A stretch of 64,000 bases of DNA from Escherichia coli (GTDB lineage: Bacteria; Pseudomonadota; Gammaproteobacteria; Enterobacterales; Enterobacteriaceae), in the NCBI RefSeq assembly GCF_016903815.1, contig NZ_CP069972.1; one strand, written 5' to 3'. The stretch's first letter is position 1, and the number at the start of each line of letters is the position of its first letter. Both the position numbers and the translations under genes were made by a program. The notes under the pieces were generated by a model. That model did not search any database, was not told the DNA's origin, and saw only the letters and a list, made by a program, of their open reading frames with translations. Below are positions 50,604 through 59,511 of this stretch, in pieces.

Positions 50604-51029
50604 TCAGTCAAGTGCCGCGTAAATCGCGTTGCATTCGGGGTGAAATTCGATGTGGCTCCACAACTGCGCATCACGCATCCTGTACAGGTGTGTCAACCCT
50701 GCATCCCCGCTGTCGTGGTACAGCCACAACTGGCGGTTAATCACAAGGGAGGTAAGGATGATGCCTGCGGCATCAGCGCTCACGGTACGGTCAAACCAGT
50801 TTGCACCGTTCACCATGTGGAAACGGTCGCCATCCGGCATCATGTAACCGCCACCGTCCGGCAGGCGGATGAAGTGCCAGAATCCGCCTTCATATTCCGG
50901 CATCATTTTTTTCGCCAGCGCGTATACAGACGCTTCGGCATACAGAAAATCCAGGCCAAACAGGTAAGGCAGAAAAGACAGACGGTCGCACTCTTCAACG
51001 TTCAGAGTGACAGGTTTCGCATATTGCAT
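50604..51029 (-). CDS. klcA: KlcA/ArdB-family antirestriction protein (141 aa)
   Basis: Conserved blocks [44 protein letters not shown] as in KlcA/ArdB. Confidence 0.75.
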   Translation of the reverse strand: MQYAKPVTLNVEECDRLSFLPYLFGLDFLYAEASVYALAKKMMPEYEGGFWHFIRLPDGGGYMMPDGDRFHMVNGANWFDRTVSADAAGIILTSLVINRQLWLYHDSGDAGLTHLYRMRDAQLWSHIEFHPECNAIYAALD

Positions 51030-51054
51030 GATGTTTTCCTCCGTTGTTCACATA

Positions 51055-51387
51055 TTCCGCGACACCGGGCGGTGCCGTGCCTCCATCTTTGCCGGGCCTG
51101 CAGGGTTGCAAGGGCGCAAGGGAAGCCGCAGCCTGACGCGCACGGCTGACGGGAGTTGAAGGGTGAGACCGCGAAATCTGAGCGGGTGAACGACCGGAAA
51201 ATCACGGCAGACGGGAAGGAGGGACCGGGTGACCGCAGCGGTTCACCTTACCTTGCAACCCGCCCGCAGAAGCCCGGCTACGATGGAGGCACGGCACAGC
51301 CCGCACACGGCGCTGAGGCCACATAACTGAAAACCCACAAGGCCATGCCCCGCATGGCCGGGTAAAGCGGAGCCTGCGGCGACATCC
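51055..51387 (-). repeat. Family-B repeat, copy 2 (Frpo/ssi-like), upstream of klcA-like gene
   Basis: Near-identical to 41762-42095. Confidence 0.55.
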
Positions 51388-51444
51388 TTTTGCTCTTTCC
51401 GGGGACCGGCTGGAAAAGGCGGAGATTTTTCCCCGCCAGCGTCA

Positions 51445-52215
51445 TCATTTCCGGATTTTCGCCAGTGCATCCGCCATGCTGCGGATTTCAGTCCGGGCTT
51501 CCAGGACCACCTCCCGCAGAATATCCCGGTCAAACCAGCGACGGGACGGTTCATCCGGTATACGCAGCACATCGCAGGCCAGCCCACTGGACAGGATATG
51601 CTCCACACACTCACTGACCAGATACATTTCCACCGACGAAAAACGAGCGCCCCGGTTCAGGATGGCATCGAGCACCACGGGCAGGTTTTCGTCGTCTTCA
51701 TCGAGCCAGCAGGGGTGATCGCTTTCCTTCACAACCAGGCGAAAGCGGCGCGTCTGGCGGGTCAGCAACGTCTGACCGGTTGTGGTCAGCGCCGCCCTGA
51801 TACGCCGCGCATCTTCTGCCACCCGGCAACTGACACTGCGTACCGCATCGTGCACCGCATCAAGAACTGCCCTGATTTCGTCTTCGGTCAGCCATTCTCC
51901 GGCATACGGGAAAGACACCTGCGTTCCGTCTGCCGGAAGTACCGGCAGCGACTGCCACTGACTGCCGGACAGAACAAGTTCCGCCCCGGTTCCGGTCAGT
52001 TTCTGAATGGCAGAGGCCAGGAGCGGCGGCAGTACGCCGCCGTGACGGTTGATAAGTAACGTCGCCAGCCGGGGCGCATCCAGCAGAACATAAATGCTGA
52101 TCCAGCCCGGATACTTCGGGTTACGCTGGTCAACATCCGTCTCTTCCGGCCAGCCCTGCGCCAGCAGCAGGTTACGGGCGTGGCGACAAATCAGTGCATT
52201 CAGCGTTTCGTTCAT
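51445..52215 (-). CDS. Hypothetical leading-region protein (256 aa)
   Basis: Long ORF, no motif recognised. Confidence 0.5.
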   Translation of the reverse strand: MNETLNALICRHARNLLLAQGWPEETDVDQRNPKYPGWISIYVLLDAPRLATLLINRHGGVLPPLLASAIQKLTGTGAELVLSGSQWQSLPVLPADGTQVSFPYAGEWLTEDEIRAVLDAVHDAVRSVSCRVAEDARRIRAALTTTGQTLLTRQTRRFRLVVKESDHPCWLDEDDENLPVVLDAILNRGARFSSVEMYLVSECVEHILSSGLACDVLRIPDEPSRRWFDRDILREVVLEARTEIRSMADALAKIRK

Positions 52216-52259
52216 GATTCATGGTCTCCCTGAATCGCCGCCCGCAGGCGGCGATAACA

Positions 52260-52694
52260 TCAGTCGTTTTCGCGTGTGTTGTTTTTCAGCAGGGCGCGGG
52301 CCTGATTAACCACCGCCTGTCGGCGGGTGACGCATTCCGGGACGGCGAGGCCGTTATCACGGGCGGCCCACTCACGTTTCCACAGTGCCTGTTCGGCGGT
52401 CTGAATCAGGGACGCCAGCAGTTCAGCAGGGACGGTCACCTGGCGGTTTTCTCTCACGTTATTGATGATCTCCATCGCCGCACCGGAAGAAATACCGGAT
52501 TCAGTCCGCTGGTCTTCCGGGATGTCCTCCAGGCGCGCCAGGACAGTCCTGATTTCATGATCGGACAGGGAAATATCCATTCCGTCAGCGAGGGCCTGAA
52601 TTTCTTCCGGGGACCAGATAACCAGCATCAGCGGCGTATCTCCCGGATACTTTGCTGCCAGCGCCCGGCAGAGCGTTTCGCATGTTCCGTACAT
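52260..52694 (-). CDS. Hypothetical leading-region protein (144 aa), paralogue of 50135..50557
   Basis: See paralogue. Confidence 0.5.
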   Translation of the reverse strand: MYGTCETLCRALAAKYPGDTPLMLVIWSPEEIQALADGMDISLSDHEIRTVLARLEDIPEDQRTESGISSGAAMEIINNVRENRQVTVPAELLASLIQTAEQALWKREWAARDNGLAVPECVTRRQAVVNQARALLKNNTREND

Positions 52695-52707
52695 TCTCGT
52701 CTCCTTC

Positions 52708-52929
52708 TCAATCTTTGAAGCAGGAATCCAGTTCCAGAATTTCGGTATACGCTTCCATGAACAGGCGATTGGCGCGATACAGCGTCTGGCGTGTCAGGCG
52801 TTCAACAAGCACATCGGAATCAAAGCGACAGCGATGCTCCATATCGTTCAGCCTGGCCCGAAGGTCACACATGGTGTTGGCCACCTCCGCCACGTCGGCG
52901 CGAAGTTTTTCGTGTCCGGCATAGTTCAT
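52708..52929 (-). CDS. Hypothetical small protein (73 aa)
   Basis: Stop abuts MTase start (52930); operon-like. Confidence 0.4.
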   Translation of the reverse strand: MNYAGHEKLRADVAEVANTMCDLRARLNDMEHRCRFDSDVLVERLTRQTLYRANRLFMEAYTEILELDSCFKD

Positions 52930-53613
52930 TTACGCAGCCTCCGGTTCAAACCAGTTATCATTCGCGGCCCCCTGCTGCATGGCCCGTTGCACGGCGGTCA
53001 GTCGTTGCTGTCCGGCACGGTGATACTGTTCAAGCAGCTCGATACCGATATACCGGCGTCCGGACTGAAGAGCGGCCACGCAGGTTGATCCGCTGCCTGC
53101 AAACGGGTCCAGCACAATCGCGTTCGGATGTGTGAAGCTCTCAATCAGTGGTTGCAGGCTGGTAACGGGCTTTTCCGTCGGGTGATGGCGATTGCCCGAA
53201 TATTTCCAGCCCAGCACGTCCGGCAGCGGGTTTTGTGGCAGACGTGGACGGCCTTTTGCCAGGATGTAGGCACATTCGTGGCGATAGCCCACATATGCGG
53301 CCTTCGATGTGTAGTTTTTGGTGAAGACCAGGTGACCAACAACGCTGAATCCCGCATTTTTCCAGGCAGACATAAAACGATCGACGCGATTCCAGCCATA
53401 GAAGCTCACCATTAACGCGTCTTTTTTGAGTACGCGGTACATCTCATTACAGGCCGGTTGCAGCCATTCATCGGTTTTATCGCCGGCAATGGTACGCCCC
53501 TGACGGTCACGAAAACCGACGAGGTACGGCGGGTCGGTGAGGATGAAATCAATGGCGTTATCAGGGATACGGGCCATAACATCGATGCAGTTACCGAGGA
53601 CAAAACGGGACAT
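52930..53613 (-). CDS. Orphan DNA methyltransferase, N6-adenine/N4-cytosine type (227 aa)
   Basis: Motif IV ILTDPPY near N-terminus; motif I-like DPFAGSGST near C-terminus; no restriction gene adjacent. Confidence 0.85.
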   Translation of the reverse strand: MSRFVLGNCIDVMARIPDNAIDFILTDPPYLVGFRDRQGRTIAGDKTDEWLQPACNEMYRVLKKDALMVSFYGWNRVDRFMSAWKNAGFSVVGHLVFTKNYTSKAAYVGYRHECAYILAKGRPRLPQNPLPDVLGWKYSGNRHHPTEKPVTSLQPLIESFTHPNAIVLDPFAGSGSTCVAALQSGRRYIGIELLEQYHRAGQQRLTAVQRAMQQGAANDNWFEPEAA

Positions 53614-53996
53614 ACCAAACTCCTTCTCTTACAGAGGGCACCGGGAGGGCACCCCTGTGGTGCCCGTTCCCCGCTGCCTGTGGGCTGTTCACCGCGTCCG
53701 GTAACGGGTCAGGCCGACCGTGGAATACCGCAGCCGTCGTCTTTTTGACGGCAAGGCTATGCCGCGAAAGCGGCTTGAAGGGCGTTCATCAGAAAAGGGC
53801 GACGGGCTGGCGTACACTGTCACCGACGCCAGCCGGGAGCGGTAAAAGCGCCCGTCCCGTGCCCGGCCGGACGCGGACACTGACCACAGGCAGCGTTTAT
53901 GCCGCGCCGCGTCAGCCGGCGCAGTAAAAAGAGGAGCACGGCGACATCCTTTACCGGAAAAGAAACGGGCGGTTGCCCGCCCGTCTCCGTCATACT

Positions 53997-54923
53997 TCAT
54001 CCGCCATAATGCGCCACATTGTCGATTATCCACGCAGGTCCGGTGACTTCCGGCAGCTCATCATCATCTGTCGGGGAAGACCATTCCAGTTCCCCCCACA
54101 GCACATCAACGAGCTCTCCGCGCTCATACAACTGCCAGCCACAGAAATTGCAGCCCTGTTCGGCGTACCAGTGCTCCAGCGTGCAGCCGAAACGGCGGCT
54201 TAATTCTGCAACAACGTCGCTTTCCGGCTGACACCACGGCGTGTCGAAATCTACCTGAATGAAGTTTTCCCCCTGACTGCTGATATTCAGGTCATACCCA
54301 CAAGGCCACTTCACGCCATACCGTTCTGTATACCAGTGATATGCAGAAGGAACACCGTTCAGAACACCGCCGTTAAAGCCATTCACTTCAATATCCAGGC
54401 GGGTCGGCAAAACCGTCAGCAGGTCAAACGGCATGGTTTTTTCCGGCAGTACGTTGTCACACAGACGGTTCCACCACACCGATACATCCTCGTTACCCCA
54501 GATGTCACACCAGTCACCTCTTTTTGCGGTGAAATGCACAGTGATAGTTTCCCTGACATCATCCGGTAACTCTTCCCAGCGACGCTGTCCAGTACCGCTC
54601 TGCAGCCAGAGTTCATGCAGCATCAGGCAGTTTTGCTCATCCAGCAGTACACCGTTCTGCAGGTGTGTCAGCCAGCGGGTGAACGCGATATTTTCCGGTG
54701 ATACAGCACCACGTCCGGCAGCCGTCACTCCGGGGCACTGCTCAGAGCGGATATTTTCAGTGATCTGCAGAAGTCCGGCACTTCCGGCCAGAAACAGCTG
54801 AATACCTTCATTTGTGGCGCGGCGATAAAGCGGTGTAACTGCACCGCTGGCCAGTCGTTTAATCTCAGCGATCTGTGCCGGTTCACCAGAAAAATACATA
54901 CGATTCGAGCACCAGTTTGGCAT
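53997..54923 (-). CDS. Hypothetical leading-region protein (308 aa)
   Basis: GAGGAG before ATG 54923 (inside track ORF); W/C-rich; no motif recognised. Confidence 0.5.
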   Translation of the reverse strand: MPNWCSNRMYFSGEPAQIAEIKRLASGAVTPLYRRATNEGIQLFLAGSAGLLQITENIRSEQCPGVTAAGRGAVSPENIAFTRWLTHLQNGVLLDEQNCLMLHELWLQSGTGQRRWEELPDDVRETITVHFTAKRGDWCDIWGNEDVSVWWNRLCDNVLPEKTMPFDLLTVLPTRLDIEVNGFNGGVLNGVPSAYHWYTERYGVKWPCGYDLNISSQGENFIQVDFDTPWCQPESDVVAELSRRFGCTLEHWYAEQGCNFCGWQLYERGELVDVLWGELEWSSPTDDDELPEVTGPAWIIDNVAHYGG

Positions 54924-55275
54924 GGGAATTCTCCTCTCACATGCGGCCTCCATCAGGCCGTGCCGCACCTGTTACCGGGCGACCGCATACGAATGCAGGT
55001 GCGGCCCCGAAGCCGCAGCGCGTGGAGGAGGAACGACGAAACGTGACCGGGTGAGGAGGCCGGCGACAGCGACACACTTGCATCGGATGCAGCCCGGTTA
55101 ACGTGCCGGCACGGCCTGGGTAACCAGGTATTTTGTCCACAGAACCGTGCACAAAATGCTGTGGATAAGCTGGACACAGCAGCCCACAGCAGGCATACAG
55201 CCACACACTCAGAGAATTGAGCGTTTTTTAGTCACAACAATGACATTTGACTGTGTGCGGATTCAGTTATTAGAA

Positions 55276-55295
55276 TACTGTATAAACATACAGCA
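55276..55295 (+). promoter_or_regulatory. LexA (SOS) box upstream of impC
   Basis: TACTGTATAAACATACAGCA fits CTGT-N8-ACAG; 22 nt upstream of impC. Confidence 0.75.
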
Positions 55296-55317
55296 TAAAG
55301 AAAAGGGAGATGAGAAC

Positions 55318-55566
55318 ATGATCCGCATTGAAATTCTTTTCGACCGCCAGAGCACAAAAAACCTCAAATCAGGCACACTTCAGGCGCTACAGAATGAAAT
55401 CGAACAACGTCTGAAACCACACTACCCGGAAATCTGGCTGCGTATAGACCAGGGCAGCGCCCCGTCTGTATCTGTCACAGGAGCCCGCAACGACAAGGAT
55501 AAAGAACGTATCCTGTCTCTGCTGGAAGAAATCTGGCAGGACGACAGCTGGCTGCCTGCAGCATGA
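55318..55566 (+). CDS. impC: ImpC, DinI-like regulator (82 aa)
   Basis: GGGAG RBS; ATG 55318 internal to track ORF; first gene of SOS-boxed operon. Confidence 0.75.
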   Translation: MIRIEILFDRQSTKNLKSGTLQALQNEIEQRLKPHYPEIWLRIDQGSAPSVSVTGARNDKDKERILSLLEEIWQDDSWLPAA

Positions 55567-56000
55567 GTACCGTTTATCACCGTCCGGCTGACCCTTCAGG
55601 CGATGACAGTTACGTGCGACCGTTGTTTGCCGATCGTTGCCAGGCCGGTTTTCCTTCGCCTGCCACTGATTATGCTGAGCAGGAACTGGATCTGAACAGC
55701 TATTGCATCAGCAGACCTGCAGCCACCTTCTTTCTGCGCGCCAGCGGTGAATCGATGAACCAGGCTGGCGTGCAGAATGGTGATCTGCTGGTAGTGGACA
55801 GGGCCGAAAAACCACAACACGGGGACATCGTTATCGCTGAGATCGACGGTGAGTTCACCGTCAAACGACTGCTGTTGCGCCCACGCCCGGCACTGGAGCC
55901 GGTTTCAGACAGCCCGGAGTTCCGCACACTGTATCCGGAAAACATCTGTATTTTTGGTGTTGTCACTCACGTGATACACAGGACGCGGGAGTTACGCTGA
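55563..56000 (+). CDS. impA: ImpA, UmuD/MucA-like S24 peptidase (145 aa)
   Basis: LexA/UmuD-type fold with RASGESM and lysine dyad; ATGA overlap with impC. Confidence 0.85.
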   Translation: MSTVYHRPADPSGDDSYVRPLFADRCQAGFPSPATDYAEQELDLNSYCISRPAATFFLRASGESMNQAGVQNGDLLVVDRAEKPQHGDIVIAEIDGEFTVKRLLLRPRPALEPVSDSPEFRTLYPENICIFGVVTHVIHRTRELR

Positions 56001-57271
56001 TGTTTGCACTGGCTGATATCAACAGTTTCTACGCCTCATGTGAAAAAGTTTTCCGCCCGGACCTTCGCAACGAACCGGTCATCGTACTCAGCAATAACGA
56101 TGGCTGTGTGATCGCGCGCAGCCCGGAGGCAAAAGCCCTTGGCATCAGAATGGGGCAGCCCTGGTTTCAGGTGAGACAAATGCGCCTGGAGAAGAAAATA
56201 CATGTATTTTCCAGCAATTATGCGCTGTACCACAGCATGAGCCAACGGGTTATGGCTGTTCTGGAGTCGCTTTCTCCCGCAGTTGAGCCCTACTCAATTG
56301 ATGAAATGTTCATTGATTTGCGGGGGATAAATCATTGCATCTCTCCGGAGATTTTTGGTCATCAGCTCAGGGAACAGGTAAAGAGCTGGACAGGACTCAC
56401 CATGGGGGTGGGCATTGCGCCTACAAAAACGCTGGCTAAAAGTGCCCAGTGGGCAACAAAGCAATGGCCACAGTTTTCCGGTGTGGTCGCGCTGACGGCA
56501 GAAAACCGTAATCGGATCTTGAAGCTACTGGGGTTGCAGCCAGTTGGTGAGGTCTGGGGAGTAGGACGCAGACTGACGGAAAAGCTGAATGCGCTGGGTA
56601 TTAACACAGCACTGCAGCTGGCGCAGGCTAACACGGCATTCATCCGGAAAAACTTCAGCGTCATTCTTGAGCGTACGGTACGCGAACTCAACGGCGAGTC
56701 CTGCATATCTCTGGAAGAAGCACCGCCGGCAAAACAGCAGATTGTCTGTAGTCGCAGTTTTGGTGAACGAATCACAGACAAAGATGCCATGCACCAGGCT
56801 GTTGTTCAGTATGCAGAGCGGGCCGCAGAGAAACTACGTGGGGAGCGTCAGTATTGCCGGCAGGTGACGACATTTGTACGGACATCCCCCTTTGCAGTAA
56901 AAGAACCCTGTTACAGCAATGCCGCTGTGGAAAAGCTTCCATTGCCCACACAGGACAGCCGGGACATTATTGCCGCAGCATGCAGAGCGTTAAACCATGT
57001 CTGGCGTGAAGGGTACCGCTATATGAAGGCAGGTGTCATGCTGGCTGATTTCACACCATCGGGTATAGCGCAGCCGGGATTATTTGATGAAATCCAGCCC
57101 CGTAAAAACAGTGAAAAGTTAATGAAAACACTCGATGAACTGAACCAGTCGGGAAAAGGGAAAGTGTGGTTTGCGGGGCGAGGAACCGCCCCTGAATGGC
57201 AAATGAAACGGGAAATGCTTTCTCCTGCGTATACCACCAGATGGACAGATTTGCCAGTAGCCCAGTTATGA
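56000..57271 (+). CDS. impB: ImpB, UmuC/MucB-like Y-family polymerase subunit (423 aa)
   Basis: MFALADINSFYASCEKVFRPDLRNEPVIVLSNNDGCVIARS... Y-family N-terminus. Confidence 0.9.
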   Translation: MFALADINSFYASCEKVFRPDLRNEPVIVLSNNDGCVIARSPEAKALGIRMGQPWFQVRQMRLEKKIHVFSSNYALYHSMSQRVMAVLESLSPAVEPYSIDEMFIDLRGINHCISPEIFGHQLREQVKSWTGLTMGVGIAPTKTLAKSAQWATKQWPQFSGVVALTAENRNRILKLLGLQPVGEVWGVGRRLTEKLNALGINTALQLAQANTAFIRKNFSVILERTVRELNGESCISLEEAPPAKQQIVCSRSFGERITDKDAMHQAVVQYAERAAEKLRGERQYCRQVTTFVRTSPFAVKEPCYSNAAVEKLPLPTQDSRDIIAAACRALNHVWREGYRYMKAGVMLADFTPSGIAQPGLFDEIQPRKNSEKLMKTLDELNQSGKGKVWFAGRGTAPEWQMKREMLSPAYTTRWTDLPVAQL

Positions 57272-57292
57272 ATATGTAATCCACCCATAATA

Positions 57293-57366
57293 TTGTTATC
57301 CTGTTATCCTGCTATCTTGTTATCTTGTTATCTTGTTATCTTGTTATCTTGTTATCTTGTTATCTT
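57293..57366. repeat. Upstream array of ~9 direct 8-bp repeats (TTGTTATC): centromere-like iterons
   Basis: Tandem unit read directly. Confidence 0.8.
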
Positions 57367-57379
57367 AATTAATCTATAA

Positions 57380-57490
57380 ATCAAATACTTAACAACTTGC
57401 TAAGTTGTTAACATAACAAAAATAATTGCATGGTTCGCGTTCAGATGGCAATATTAAGTTGTTAACTTAACAGCTTAATATGAGGCTATA
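57380..57490 (+). promoter_or_regulatory. par promoter/operator region with palindromes
   Basis: TTAACAACTTGCTAAGTTGTTAA and TTAAGTTGTTAACTTAA upstream of parA-like start. Confidence 0.4.
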
Positions 57491-58117
57491 ATGATAATAG
57501 TATTAGGTAGTCAAAAGGGTGGGGTAGGTAAAAGTACACTGGCGGTATCTATAGCTGCGTATCTGATGTCACTAGGCAATAGAGTGATTATTGTCGACGC
57601 AGATGACCAGAAATCAGTATTAACCTGGTACAACAATCGCCCTGAAGATCTCCCTCATATTCCGGTTACAGGCGCGACAGGTAACATCAAAGCCATGTTA
57701 AAGGAACACGAAAAATCCTATGATTTTGTTATTGCAGACTGTGCTGGCCGTGATAGCGCAGAAATGCGTAGTGGATTGATGGCCGCAGATGTATTCATTT
57801 CTCCTTTGCGCCCATCTCAGATGGACCTGGATGTTGTGCCTCATACATGCTCCGTTTTTACAGCAGCAAAAGATTTTAATGAGGATGTTCGGGGATATCT
57901 CGTTTTAAACATGACGCCCACAAATATGTTTGTTAATGAAGCCAATGAGGCAGCTGAAGTACTTAAGGATTACCCTGAAATGCATCTGGCAAACTCCCGG
58001 GTATGTGATCGTAAAGCACATCGAGATGCTTGGGCCGAATCAATGACAATTTTTGAAACGCAAAATGATAAAGCCCAGCAAGAAATCGAAGCGTTAGTGA
58101 AAGAGGTTATTCTGTGA
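57491..58117 (+). CDS. parA: ParA/ParF-like small Walker-type partition ATPase (208 aa)
   Basis: Deviant Walker A GSQKGGVGKST. Confidence 0.85.
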   Translation: MIIVLGSQKGGVGKSTLAVSIAAYLMSLGNRVIIVDADDQKSVLTWYNNRPEDLPHIPVTGATGNIKAMLKEHEKSYDFVIADCAGRDSAEMRSGLMAADVFISPLRPSQMDLDVVPHTCSVFTAAKDFNEDVRGYLVLNMTPTNMFVNEANEAAEVLKDYPEMHLANSRVCDRKAHRDAWAESMTIFETQNDKAQQEIEALVKEVIL

Positions 58118-58416
58118 GAAATAGAGCAAACACTTCACCTCGTGACGAGGCAGCATTTATTAACGGTGGCACGGCTGGCCTTGATAATACCAAAAAGTCA
58201 TCAGATAAATCATCGGTTGTAAGCAAAGCAAAACCAGTGAGTATTTCTTTTTTTGAAGAAAACCTAAAAGACATTGATGCCCTTATAACGGCTGAGATGG
58301 TTTCAGGTAAAGGCAGAGTGAATCGTTCTGATGTTGTCAGGGCGGCGGTAGAAGCACTTAAAACACTATCAAAAACAGAGGTATCACGATTGATAGCAGA
58401 AGTAAAACAAAGATAA
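58114..58416 (+). CDS. ParG-like centromere-binding protein with C-terminal RHH (100 aa)
   Basis: Translationally coupled to parA; C-terminal GRVNRSDVVRAAVEALK RHH-like. Confidence 0.6.
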   Translation: MRNRANTSPRDEAAFINGGTAGLDNTKKSSDKSSVVSKAKPVSISFFEENLKDIDALITAEMVSGKGRVNRSDVVRAAVEALKTLSKTEVSRLIAEVKQR

Positions 58417-58420
58417 CACC

Positions 58421-58486
58421 TTGTTATCTTGTTATCTTGTTATCTTGTTATCTTGTTATCTTGTTATCTTGTTATCTTGTTATCTT
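58421..58486. repeat. Downstream array of ~8 direct 8-bp repeats (TTGTTATC)
   Basis: Same unit as upstream array. Confidence 0.8.
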
Positions 58487-58541
58487 CAATGTATTTTAGG
58501 ATGACCTATGTTGAATAGAACCTAAAACAAAACAAATATTA

Positions 58542-58833
58542 ATAGGGGTCCGCTTGGAAAAGGGAAATTTTCCCACGCTAAGAGAATTGAGTTGAACGAG
58601 TGGTTACATCCAGGCCAGCTAACTCACTGAACGTAAAGGCTGTACGAAATGTTCCGGCCGTCCGATAACCGTTTGGCTTACTTCCGTACATTCCCTTGCG
58701 TAGATGTACAGAATTGTACGATTTCGGACACCAAAACCGCTGTTGTCCCGCCATTCTGGCGATTCCTGAAAGTCCTTTGACTAAAAAATAGTCTTAACGT
58801 GGTTTATTTTCCGAATTCCAAGCGGACCCCTAT
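58542..58833. mobile_element. 292-bp element bounded by 18-bp perfect terminal inverted repeats (MITE/IS-remnant-like)
   Basis: ATAGGGGTCCGCTTGGAA at 58542-58559, reverse complement at 58816-58833; no ORF inside. Confidence 0.4.
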
Positions 58834-59035
58834 CAGGCCTGCCGTGGGGATTTTGTGGTGCGTCTCGACGGCAGCACCTGTCTGCAGTTATGGAATAAAG
58901 AAGGCAGGGTGGTACGCCGGGAGGGCGATCCGCTGGAAGTGGCGCAGTGGCTGCTGGCCTGTCATGACGCAGGAATAGAAGTTCGCGTACAGATAAATGA
59001 AAGTGCCGCTCCGTAAGAACACGCCTGTGCACGGT

Positions 59036-59383
59036 TTACACATCATCCCATGGTGGCAGCCGGTTAACTTTCCTGCGCCACCAGTGGAAAGAGGCCATGC
59101 ACAGTCCGAACAAAAAACCCCCCGTGATACTTATAATAATGGCCTCACCTGCCACCATTCCTGACGGCCCCCAGTAGATAAACCACATTGCACATCCCCA
59201 GGAAATGCCCCATAAGCCCCCCGTCAGCACCGTGACCTGCCAGAACGGCATAAAGGGTAATGGCGGAAGCCGGATACCCAGCCGCCATAGAATACGCAGA
59301 AGAGGAGGGGCATAATTGCTCCGCCACATCTTTTTGCTGTCCATCAGGGCAATGGCCCGGGCTTTTTTCTGCTCAAAGGTCAC
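59036..59383 (-). CDS. Hypothetical Trp-rich membrane protein (115 aa, GTG start)
   Basis: GGAGG 7 nt before GTG; 2-3 TM helices; adjacent to immunity gene. Confidence 0.45.
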   Translation of the reverse strand: MTFEQKKARAIALMDSKKMWRSNYAPPLLRILWRLGIRLPPLPFMPFWQVTVLTGGLWGISWGCAMWFIYWGPSGMVAGEAIIISITGGFLFGLCMASFHWWRRKVNRLPPWDDV

Positions 59384-59511
59384 AGGAGCACCTCCGTTCC
59401 ATGATGTAAACGTGACACAGCTTATTGTTATTGATTATTATTATCATGCTGTGGTTATGTTGTCATGCATCAGTACACTGACAAAAGTGCAAAAGAAAGG
59501 AAAACAGGCAG

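Noticed and set aside
57293-58486. Possible CRISPR array (tandem TTGTTATC repeats)
   Set aside because: Unit is only 8 bp with no spacers, and the arrays flank a parA/parG-like operon; better explained as partition-site iterons.
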